Source: an uncultured Verrucomicrobiae bacterium (lineage in GTDB: Bacteria > Verrucomicrobiota > Verrucomicrobiia > Chthoniobacterales > UBA10450). From it: 64,000 nt of DNA. How positions within the stretch are numbered: the first letter of the stretch is position 1; each line of letters opens with the position of its first letter. The notes below the pieces were generated by a model. It ran no database searches, was not told where the DNA came from, and worked only from the letters and a program-made list of their open reading frames with translations. This document shows, piece by piece, positions 42,508 to 50,821 of this stretch. Made by a program: the position numbers and the translations under genes. The stretch covers positions 480,001 through 544,000 of the forward strand of contig CAVWPA010000001.1 in NCBI GenBank assembly GCA_963756875.1. Direction: 5' to 3'.

Positions 42508-43671
42508 TTACCGTGTCCGGAACGTCATCGGAACGATCAATCTCCATTTCCTGCCCGGTTCCGCTCTCCATCGCCGCAGTGCTTCCAGAGCTGCCTGGTC
42601 GAGAACGGGTTGGCCCGTCGATTTGACAACTTGCACATCGATTGCCCGGCCGCTGGAATCAAAAGCAACGCGATAACGCCCCGAACCTCCCAAGCGCCGC
42701 CCAAACATGGCTCCAGAAGGAAACTGGGGCGCCGGAGTGTAAACCAACTTGCCTCTCCGGTTCTCCTCTGGTTTCGGCGAAGGCTCCGCAGTCGGAATGG
42801 GGGAGAGTGAAGAGGAGGGCGACGGAGACCCTGTGGCCGCAGCGGCCGCCCAACGAGCTTCGGAGCTCGATTTGGCATCGGCCAATAATTTTTCGAAAGC
42901 AGCGGCCGGGCGCACAACCGTCTGGCCTGGTTCACGCCCTGAAGCCACGATGCCCACGACGTCGCCGCTTTCGTCGACAACAGGCGCGCCGCTCGCGCTG
43001 GCCGCAATTGGACTTGAGGTTTCAAGCCGTTCTCCCTGAGGGCTGGATTGCGGCGCGGTGATTGTCTCGGTCGCGAGCGGTTCCGCGTGGACGGTCAGCA
43101 AGCTCCCCACGACTGCGACTTGCGTGTTGTTTGGCGGTTCGGAAGCTTTGCTCAGAGAAAGGAACGGGACCCCTGTCGTCGTTTCGGCTCGCAGTAAGGC
43201 AAGATCGAGTTCGATCGAAGACGCTAAAATACCGGGGATGTTGCGGATCTTGCCGTCTGAGGATTTTGCCACAGCGTGGGCGCCACCTTCCACAACATGC
43301 CAGTTGGTGATGAGTCGACCATCCCGGGCAACGAAGAAGCCAGTGCCAGCGCGAAGCAGAGCACCGGAGGAATCAAAGACACTGATCAGAATCACTGCGG
43401 GCTCGGCTTTGCGGGTGGCTTTTCGAAGATTTACCGAAGGAGCCAGAGTCGGTGCCGGCGTGGCGGAGGCCTGAGCCAATGTTGCGGATGGAGACGCGCT
43501 CGGTGTGGAAACTGGCTTTGCAGTTGCGAGCGGCGAAGGCGTTTGAGTAGGAGTTGAAGCCGAAGGTTGAATCGGACTCACTTTGGTCTTCGGTGGCCGC
43601 CCGCACCACGAGACCGCAAGGATTACCAAAAGTATCAGGCCGGAAATGAGCGCGAGATGTGACTGTTTCAT
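42508..43671 (-). CDS. Trypsin-like peptidase domain + TonB C-terminal domain protein
   Basis: GTGFFV..TNWHVV..DLALL..SGAPV; C-terminal VVKSTGQPVLDQAALEALRRW. Confidence 0.8.
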   Translation of the reverse strand: MKQSHLALISGLILLVILAVSWCGRPPKTKVSPIQPSASTPTQTPSPLATAKPVSTPSASPSATLAQASATPAPTLAPSVNLRKATRKAEPAVILISVFDSSGALLRAGTGFFVARDGRLITNWHVVEGGAHAVAKSSDGKIRNIPGILASSIELDLALLRAETTTGVPFLSLSKASEPPNNTQVAVVGSLLTVHAEPLATETITAPQSSPQGERLETSSPIAASASGAPVVDESGDVVGIVASGREPGQTVVRPAAAFEKLLADAKSSSEARWAAAAATGSPSPSSSLSPIPTAEPSPKPEENRRGKLVYTPAPQFPSGAMFGRRLGGSGRYRVAFDSSGRAIDVQVVKSTGQPVLDQAALEALRRWRAEPGRKWRLIVPMTFRTR

Positions 43672-43722
43672 TTTCGACTCGCCGCCATGATAATATCGAA
43701 TGTCGGCCGCCTTAAAAGCTGG

Positions 43723-43923
43723 TCATCGGCCGCCGCCGGCCAGTCGCCACATCCAAATGCAGAGCACGCAGGCGACGACAAGGGCCACCCAGCTCACTCC
43801 CATTGGGATCGAATGAGTCGCTACGACTACCTTGGCCCGGGTGAAAAGCCGGATCGCATGGCCCAGTGCAAAAATTGCGAGAATCAGCGCCGCCACATAC
43901 AGTCCAGTTTGTTGTGAGTTCAT
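43723..43923 (-). CDS. Small membrane protein
   Basis: 66 aa with two hydrophobic segments. Confidence 0.6.
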   Translation of the reverse strand: MNSQQTGLYVAALILAIFALGHAIRLFTRAKVVVATHSIPMGVSWVALVVACVLCIWMWRLAGGGR

Positions 43924-44019
43924 GATTGCATTTTTGATGTCGATCTTTGTTTTGTCATTAAAAATGCGTCTCCGGTAACCAGTAGGGGAGGAGGCAGTCG
44001 TCTCCTTTTTCTCTATTCG

Positions 44020-44541
44020 TCAGACCGCGCGCCGGTCCCGCATGATTGCTCCCTGGACGATGATGCCAACAGCGGCGAGGACAATAAACAGAATGGTGCT
44101 TCCCGATGGAGGGAGCGCGATTGCGCCTTGCACCAGATGTGCGCCGACTACCGATGATAGAATAATTAGCGCCCAATCGAACAAACTCAGCAAAAGCAAC
44201 GCGCCAACAATTCCGCCGATCAAAAACGTGATACCAAAGTAGCTGGCATGTTGCACGAAGAACGCTGCTGCGATTGCAGTCGCCAGCTTGCCCCCCGTCA
44301 AGAACCCGACAACTCCGATAGCGACCTTTTGTAAAAACATGGCAAGCAATGCCCCGGCAAATCCAAGGAACAGCGCAAGCATCAGAACAAAAAGAGTTGA
44401 TGAATTGTGAACCAGATGCGGGGCGACTTCCAAACCTGCCGCAAATCCGACGGCGGCGACGCACAACCAAAATAGTTTGCGACCGAAAAACAGAATGATC
44501 ACGCCCAGGAGAGCGCTTGCAACGGGGATGGAGAAATTCAT
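44020..44541 (-). CDS. DUF4203/TMEM198-like membrane protein
   Basis: FFGRKLFW, Gly-rich TM helices, SSVVGA. Confidence 0.75.
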   Translation of the reverse strand: MNFSIPVASALLGVIILFFGRKLFWLCVAAVGFAAGLEVAPHLVHNSSTLFVLMLALFLGFAGALLAMFLQKVAIGVVGFLTGGKLATAIAAAFFVQHASYFGITFLIGGIVGALLLLSLFDWALIILSSVVGAHLVQGAIALPPSGSTILFIVLAAVGIIVQGAIMRDRRAV

Positions 44542-44552
44542 GCGATTGCCTT

Positions 44553-44830
44553 TAGAAGCCATCTCATAAATAGGGGTTGGCCGCGCAAGAGCAATTTAGG
44601 GCGGATGGCAAGGCGCGAGCGACGAACATACCCGTTGCGGTCTGTAAGGAGCCGAGCAACGCTGCCAGACGCCCTAAAGGGCTCTTGCCCTTTGGGTGGC
44701 GTCGCTTTTCGGTTTGAACCGCGTTGCTTCTCGGTCACAGATCCATTCGGATATGCTTCCTCGTCGCGCCTTGTTCAAACCAAAAATTCAACAGCCACGC
44801 GGCTATCCCCTATTTATGAGATGGCTTGTA
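44553..44830. mobile_element. MITE-like element, 33-bp TIRs, TA-flanked (copy 3)
   Basis: tagaagccatctcataaataggggttggccgcg versus the reverse complement of 44798-44830: 30/33 identical. Confidence 0.85.
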
Positions 44831-44945
44831 CACTTTGTGGTTCTTTCTCTTCACAATATTTGATATCGGTTGTGGCCGCTGGATGCAATGCTTCGCAAGG
44901 TGGGCGTGGCTGTTTCGCAGCGACGGCGACAGAGAGCGCCCTGCT

Positions 44946-45851
44946 TTGAATCAGAATCCTTCCAGCTCAAATCCGGCCGCGCCTGTCGTAATCGGTGGTG
45001 TCGGTGGCAGCGGCACCCGCCTTTTTGCCCGGATTTTCGTGCAAGCTGGACTCTTCCTCGGTTCCGACTTGAACCTGGAGAACGATAATCTCTGGTTTAC
45101 GCTCCTGTTCAGAAGGCCCCGTTGGTACCGGAAGCTCGCGGCCCAAAAGGAACGCCGCATTTTTACCGGACTGAACCTTTTAACCAAGGCAATGCTGGGC
45201 GCGGAAGGGGTGACTCTGGACGAGCTCGCATTCCTAACGAGGGCTGCGTTCGAAATGAGCGTCAATTTTCAAGTATCCAACAAAACGATGCGTGGCATTT
45301 GGCCGTTCGAGCGAGCGCGTAACATGCTGCGCGCCGCGAAGACGTCGCTCCCGGGAAATTATCGTGGCTGGGGTTGGAAGGAGCCAAACTCGCACATCTA
45401 TCTTCCCTATTTGTTCCGGCATTTTCCGGCATTGAAATACGTCCACGTGATTCGAAACGGGCTGGATTTAGCCTTCAGCATTAACCAGGTGCAACTTCAT
45501 AACTGGTCGTTTCTGTTTGGAATGGAGCGCCCGAAGTCAAAATCCAGCATTCCGGCTGCATCCCTGAAATACTGGGTGCGCGCCAACCAGCGCGCCGTCG
45601 AACTCGGCAAAAGTTTCCCGGACCGATTTCTCTCTGTAAATTTTGATGAGCTCTGTCGTTCGCCGGCGCAAGAGACCCGGCGCATTTTTGACTTTGCCGG
45701 TGTAGAAATTTCGGCGGATGAATTTGCGCGCCTTTGCGAGCTCCCCCAAAAACAAGCGTCCTCCGGGCGTTACTTACAGCGCGATTGCAGCGTGTTCGAC
45801 CCGGAAGATGTCGAAGCGGTGCGTCGATTTGGCTTTGAAGTGAAAATTTAG
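44946..45851 (+). CDS. Sulfotransferase family protein
   Basis: GGVGGSGTRL, WGWKEP, HVIRNGLD; start uncertain. Confidence 0.8.
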   Translation: MNQNPSSSNPAAPVVIGGVGGSGTRLFARIFVQAGLFLGSDLNLENDNLWFTLLFRRPRWYRKLAAQKERRIFTGLNLLTKAMLGAEGVTLDELAFLTRAAFEMSVNFQVSNKTMRGIWPFERARNMLRAAKTSLPGNYRGWGWKEPNSHIYLPYLFRHFPALKYVHVIRNGLDLAFSINQVQLHNWSFLFGMERPKSKSSIPAASLKYWVRANQRAVELGKSFPDRFLSVNFDELCRSPAQETRRIFDFAGVEISADEFARLCELPQKQASSGRYLQRDCSVFDPEDVEAVRRFGFEVKI

Positions 45852-45858
45852 CGGAGCC

Positions 45859-46758
45859 TCACTCCATATAACCAAGTTCGGCAAGCAATGGCCCCGCGAT
45901 TTTTTCAAACTGCTCGCGGTTGGCTGCGGACATCTCGGTTTTCCAGCGGCCGATGCGGCTCGTCTCTGGCGGCTTTTTTGTCAAAGCATGAATGCTCAGA
46001 CGCTGCTCGGCTGTCGCCCACAGGTTTCCCTCGGGACTGTGGATATCGCGCGATATCTCGGAAAGCCGCTCCTCCGCGCTCTGATGATATTGGAGTAACC
46101 GCGGTTCCCACGGCAAATCGATAAACTCCAGGATCCTCCTTAATATCGGCTCGGTATCGCGCACCAGGTCCTCATATCGAACCTCCGTATAATTGGCCAA
46201 CTCAGTGGACTGCTTGCGCGCAGACCGAATGCGCCCGACCCAGGTCTCCGCTGCCTCGGCGATGGAGCGCGGCCCGAACCAAAGATCCTTGATCGAGAGG
46301 GCGACATCACGGCCGTCTCGGATCAGGTGAATGAAGCACGCCTCGGGAAGGAATTCTGCGATCAGTTGCACTTGCGTGAGGTAGGTGGGCGTTTTGTCGC
46401 CCCAGCGTGTTTTCCCGAATCGCTCGGCGTAAAGCCGGTAAAAAGCTCGCAAAGCCGGGCCGATCTCAAATGGCGCGAGCGCATTGATCCGTTTTCGAAA
46501 TTCGTCAGCATCGAGCTGAAAATCCGTCCACCAGCGGCTCGAAAGGAGCACGTGGATAAATGCCGCGCGCGAGTCTTCTCCTGGTTTGCGGCAAGCATTC
46601 GCAACTTCAGGGATGAAATGCGTTTCGGGCGGGATGGCCAGTTGCGGGTGCGCATCCAGCATCATCCGCAGTAGTGTTGTGCCCGAGCGGCCGACTCCAA
46701 CGATGAACGGAGCCGCTGTCTGGTCGCCAACGATCTCCTTCCGTTTCGACATCAGCAT
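45859..46758 (-). CDS. Sulfotransferase family protein
   Basis: VGVGRSGTTLL, WGDKTP, IRDGRDV, RYEDLV. Confidence 0.9.
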   Translation of the reverse strand: MLMSKRKEIVGDQTAAPFIVGVGRSGTTLLRMMLDAHPQLAIPPETHFIPEVANACRKPGEDSRAAFIHVLLSSRWWTDFQLDADEFRKRINALAPFEIGPALRAFYRLYAERFGKTRWGDKTPTYLTQVQLIAEFLPEACFIHLIRDGRDVALSIKDLWFGPRSIAEAAETWVGRIRSARKQSTELANYTEVRYEDLVRDTEPILRRILEFIDLPWEPRLLQYHQSAEERLSEISRDIHSPEGNLWATAEQRLSIHALTKKPPETSRIGRWKTEMSAANREQFEKIAGPLLAELGYME

Positions 46759-46771
46759 AGAATTCGCTTGC

Positions 46772-47572
46772 TCATGCGCCTGTAGTGCCGGCCGGATCAA
46801 TTTGCCACCAAAGCGCATCCGTCGCCGCGCGGATCTTCTTTATTTCCCGCTTATTCAGCATCGACGACCAGCGCCCGACGCTCTCCCCGTGAATTCCTGT
46901 CGTGGCTGCGATTTTGCGATCTTCCAGGCCGTGATCGGACGCCCTCTCCTTGTTAAAATCGAGCTGACCGGCTTCAAATTCCTCACCAAGCCACGTCATC
47001 AATTCTCGCAATGCGGATTCGGGCGAGCTCACCAGCTTTTCGTAAGTCAGGCGGTAGTAGCGCTCGCGATTTGTTTTTCCGAAATCGAGCCCCGCCCTTG
47101 TGTACTGCTGGTAGAACTCGATGCGACCATCGAGCGTTTCTGGCAACGACAGAGGAAAGCTTGCCTCTTTCATCGAAGCCAGCGTGTCGAGCGGGTTGCG
47201 CATTACGTGAATCATCAGCCATTCATTGCCAAGCAGCCGCTGCCATTGCGGAAGATAAAGGACATTTTCGGGGTTCTTGTCCGCCCACCGCGCTTTGCCG
47301 GCCAGCGCGGCAGCACTCTCGTGCAGTGCGATGAATGCCTTGCCGAAAATGCCCAGTAGCTCTTCCTCGGAGAGGAGGGCGCGCGCGGTGTTAAAAAAGC
47401 GAAGGTGTCTGATCGGGTCCTCTTTGTAATTTGCGTAAAAGTCGCGAAAAAACTTTACCTCAGGCCCGCAAAAAATTCGTGAATGCGCGTTCAAGAGGCG
47501 CCGGACCAGCGAAGTGCCCGATCGATGGCATCCGCCGACAACGATCGGCCAGGAGCTACGCAGCGTGCTCAT
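46772..47572 (-). CDS. Sulfotransferase family protein
   Basis: GGCHRSGTSL, WADKNP, RNPLD, YEKLV. Confidence 0.9.
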   Translation of the reverse strand: MSTLRSSWPIVVGGCHRSGTSLVRRLLNAHSRIFCGPEVKFFRDFYANYKEDPIRHLRFFNTARALLSEEELLGIFGKAFIALHESAAALAGKARWADKNPENVLYLPQWQRLLGNEWLMIHVMRNPLDTLASMKEASFPLSLPETLDGRIEFYQQYTRAGLDFGKTNRERYYRLTYEKLVSSPESALRELMTWLGEEFEAGQLDFNKERASDHGLEDRKIAATTGIHGESVGRWSSMLNKREIKKIRAATDALWWQIDPAGTTGA

Positions 47573-48392
47573 CGGCTTTTTGTTGCTGCGCTGCGGCCCA
47601 GATTTCTGCGAGGTAATGCCGTTTGCGTGGCTCTGATGGATCGAGTCGATCGTCGGAAATATAAACGCGCAGTTCCTTTTCCGAAGGGAGCTTCAACATT
47701 TCTTCGGTCAATCTCGAGCGCCAGCGATGCCATCCTTTTTTGACTTCGTCGGGATCGTATTTTCGAGTCAGGAACTTTTCCATTGCGTGCGGAATCGAGA
47801 GAAACAAATAGTGCCGCATCGGAAAAGACTGCGGATACATCTTCAATTTCCGGAACTGGACGACGTGGCCGCCGGAACTTGCAAGATCGACGCGGCGCGG
47901 CTGCCGTTTCCACGCGTTCAGGCGATGCGGGAAAGAAGGCAACATCGGGTAATACCAGCGCATCGTTTTCTGAAAATCCGGATGATCGTGGTCCGGCGAT
48001 TCCTGCGTGGGCACAAAAGCAAACTCCATGAAATTGACGGCATTGTAGCCTTTGGCATCGGCGTCCGCCAACGCCTGTTGCAACGTCGTGCCCGAGTGCG
48101 GCGGCAACCGGATCTCATCCGCATCGATATGGATAAACCAGTCGGCGTCCAGGGTAGCGGCCAGTTCCTCTTTGCGCCGGCATTGTTCCGTGAGGGAGAA
48201 AAAACCGGGCCGCCGATATTTCTCGATATCGACCAAACCGCGGCCGCGGTAGCCCTCGGCAATTTCCACCGTGCGGTCGGTCGATGAATCGTCGAGCAGA
48301 TACGTTTCGACGCCTTGTCGCGCCAGATGCTCAATGCAGCCGCCGATGAAACGCTCCTCATTATAAGTGGCCACTAACGCGATTACGCGCAT
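47556..48392 (-). CDS. Glycosyltransferase family 2
   Basis: TYNEE, DDSSTDRT, IDADE. Confidence 0.85.
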   Translation of the reverse strand: MRVIALVATYNEERFIGGCIEHLARQGVETYLLDDSSTDRTVEIAEGYRGRGLVDIEKYRRPGFFSLTEQCRRKEELAATLDADWFIHIDADEIRLPPHSGTTLQQALADADAKGYNAVNFMEFAFVPTQESPDHDHPDFQKTMRWYYPMLPSFPHRLNAWKRQPRRVDLASSGGHVVQFRKLKMYPQSFPMRHYLFLSIPHAMEKFLTRKYDPDEVKKGWHRWRSRLTEEMLKLPSEKELRVYISDDRLDPSEPRKRHYLAEIWAAAQQQKADEHAA

Positions 48393-48441
48393 CGGGATGA
48401 AAGCTCTATTCGCGTAAGTGCGAAATCGAAAAGGAGTCTCC

Positions 48442-48792
48442 TCATTTCCTCATCATCGCGTCCCGCCGGGCTTTTCGCGTAAAAGGCTGCGCCTCACGCG
48501 ACTCGTTAAAAGGCTCCGGGCCTTTAGTTCGGAGGGGATATTTCGCGAAATAATTCCGCAGTTGCGAGCGCAAGAATCTTCGACTTCCACCGCTTTCTAA
48601 GTATCGCTCGCGACCAAATGCATCAGCTTCTTCGGTATAGGCCTCATAATGGATCAGATTCCATGGACCTCGAAAGCTCGTAGCCTGCACTGCTCCGCTT
48701 TTATGTTCGTTCAGCCGTCGTCGCAAGTCGGTCGAGAATCCGATGTACAGTCCCGCATCTCGTGCTGAATGAAGCAAGTAGACGTAAAACAT
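48442..48792 (-). CDS. Small GIY-YIG nuclease, bracketed by 25-bp inverted repeats
   Basis: FYVYLL..LYIGFSTDLRRRLNEH..YEAY..RERYL. Confidence 0.9.
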   Translation of the reverse strand: MFYVYLLHSARDAGLYIGFSTDLRRRLNEHKSGAVQATSFRGPWNLIHYEAYTEEADAFGRERYLESGGSRRFLRSQLRNYFAKYPLRTKGPEPFNESREAQPFTRKARRDAMMRK

Positions 48793-48798
48793 TTTTCT

Positions 48799-50463
48799 TC
48801 AATCGCCGCGTGAGGTGGAGCCTTTTACGCGGAATTCGAAGCCCGGTTTCCACTCGGGAAATTTCTGGCCATTGGCGACCTCGTAGCCGACCTCGAACAA
48901 AAGATCCACGTCCTGCACCGCGCCCGTCAGGTCCCAGTCCGGTTTCACTTCATCGGTGACCTGGTGGTAGTCGTGCAGGTCGTACTCATCAGAACGCAGA
49001 GGTCCGTTAACAGGGCGTGAAACCAGATGTTCGTCCTTGTTGATGTAAAGCGATGGGATGCCTGCCTTCGAAAACTCGAAACTGTCGGCCCGGTAAATAG
49101 AACCTTTTTCCGGCCGACTGTTCGGGATCGTGGCACGGCCCCGCCGTTTTGCCGTCGCAACCAGCAGGTCGTCGAGTGTGGACATTCCGTAGCTCACGTC
49201 TTCGATGTCGCGCGCCTTTCCCCATACGTTCATGGTGTCGATATTGATGTCGGCGAGCGTTTTGTTCAGCGGATAAAGCGGATGCTCGACATAAAACCTG
49301 GCGCCGAGCAGTCCGGCCTCCTCCGCAGTCGTGCACATGAAGAGAATCGATCGTTTCGGCGGCGGATCGACTTTTGTGAACGCTCGCGCCAATTCGATGA
49401 CCGCAGCGTCGCCCGAAGCGTTGTCCACTGCGCCATTGAAAATCTGGTCGCCTTTCAACTCCGGGTGTCGCCCGAGATGGTCCCAGTGCGCCGTATAAAG
49501 CACATACTCGTCCTTCAATTTCGGGTCGCTCCCTTCAAATTTTCCAATGACGTTGTGCGATTTAAACGGGCGCAGCGTTTGCTTGATATAGAAATTCGCT
49601 TTCGCATTTAGTGCAACGGGCCGAAAATCCTTCGAAATCGCGGATTTCTTTAGTGCATCGAAGTTTTGGCCGCAGTCTGCGAGAAGCTTCTTCGCGGCGT
49701 CCAGCGTGATCCATGAGCTCGCCGCAACCACACCCATGTTTTTGTCCGGCGTATCGAGTTCGAAATTTTCCTTGGCCCAGCTCGATTTCACGACGGAATA
49801 GGGGTAAGCGGCCGGTCCGGTCTCGTGGATGATGATTGCTGCCGCGGCGCCTTTTTTCGCGGCGATTTCGTACTTGTAAGTCCAGCGCCCGTAATAAGTC
49901 ATCGCCTTTCCCTTGAACATTTTCTCATCGAGCTTCGACGGGTCCCCGGGATCGGGAATCGGCGGATCGTTGATCAGCATCAACAGGGTTTTGCCGCGGA
50001 CATCGACGTCTTTGTAATCGTCCCATCCGTACTCGGGCGCGACGATCCCGTAGCCGACAAAGACAATGCCGGAGTTGTTGACTTTGATTTCGCCTTTCAA
50101 TCGCGACGACCAGGCGACGAAGTCATCCGGGTATTTAAGGTCCGTCGTTTTTCCATTAACGATCAGCGACATGCTTGGCTGGCTGGTGATTCCCGCTAGA
50201 GGAACTTCCTGGGTGTAGGTGCCGTCCGGATTGCCAGGCTCCAGTCCGATTGTTTTGAATTGGTCGGAAATGTATTTAACCGAAAGATCTTCGCCCTCTG
50301 TCCCCGGCGACCGCCCCTGGAACGTATCCGCTGACAGAATTTTAATGTGAGCGAGTAGCCCGTCGGGCGTGATCGAATCCAGCGCCGGCTTGAGTTTCTG
50401 TTCCGGGGCCGCGGCAAAGAGCGACACCGCGCTTAGCGCCAAAACCACGAGGGTTGTTCTCAT
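48799..50463 (-). CDS. M28 family peptidase with PA domain
   Basis: TAHWDH, NGAVDNASG, AEEAGLLG, NIDT, YHQVTD; signal peptide. Confidence 0.9.
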   Translation of the reverse strand: MRTTLVVLALSAVSLFAAAPEQKLKPALDSITPDGLLAHIKILSADTFQGRSPGTEGEDLSVKYISDQFKTIGLEPGNPDGTYTQEVPLAGITSQPSMSLIVNGKTTDLKYPDDFVAWSSRLKGEIKVNNSGIVFVGYGIVAPEYGWDDYKDVDVRGKTLLMLINDPPIPDPGDPSKLDEKMFKGKAMTYYGRWTYKYEIAAKKGAAAAIIIHETGPAAYPYSVVKSSWAKENFELDTPDKNMGVVAASSWITLDAAKKLLADCGQNFDALKKSAISKDFRPVALNAKANFYIKQTLRPFKSHNVIGKFEGSDPKLKDEYVLYTAHWDHLGRHPELKGDQIFNGAVDNASGDAAVIELARAFTKVDPPPKRSILFMCTTAEEAGLLGARFYVEHPLYPLNKTLADINIDTMNVWGKARDIEDVSYGMSTLDDLLVATAKRRGRATIPNSRPEKGSIYRADSFEFSKAGIPSLYINKDEHLVSRPVNGPLRSDEYDLHDYHQVTDEVKPDWDLTGAVQDVDLLFEVGYEVANGQKFPEWKPGFEFRVKGSTSRGD

Positions 50464-50596
50464 TCTTCTTTTGTAAGGGCGCTCGGCGACCGCTGCAAAT
50501 GTTTGGAAGGGCCGGCGTTCGAGGCTGCGTGTTGCCACGCATCGGTTTCGGGCCGATGAGGACGCCCGCGACAGGGCACAAGCCAGGCGTAATAAT

Positions 50597-50746
50597 TCCG
50601 GGGAGCGCAGGCGCCTCGCGTGCGGGCGACGGCGCCCTCGCCGTTGCGAACCTTCATCATTCGAATGTTGCTGCTACGTCGAATACGCAAGATCGTTTGT
50701 CGCGAGGGCGCGACAAACGGCACGCGAGGCGCGTGCGCTCCCCGGA
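50597..50746. repeat. REP-like palindrome family A, copy 4
   Basis: tccggggagcgcaggcgcctcgcgtgc...gcacgcgaggcgcgtgcgctccccgga. Confidence 0.85.
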
Positions 50747-50821
50747 CCAGGGAGGCCAAACTCTCGTCGATGCGCAGCCGGGCGAGATGTCCCTCGCTTC
50801 GTTTGCGGTGACCGCAAGTGG

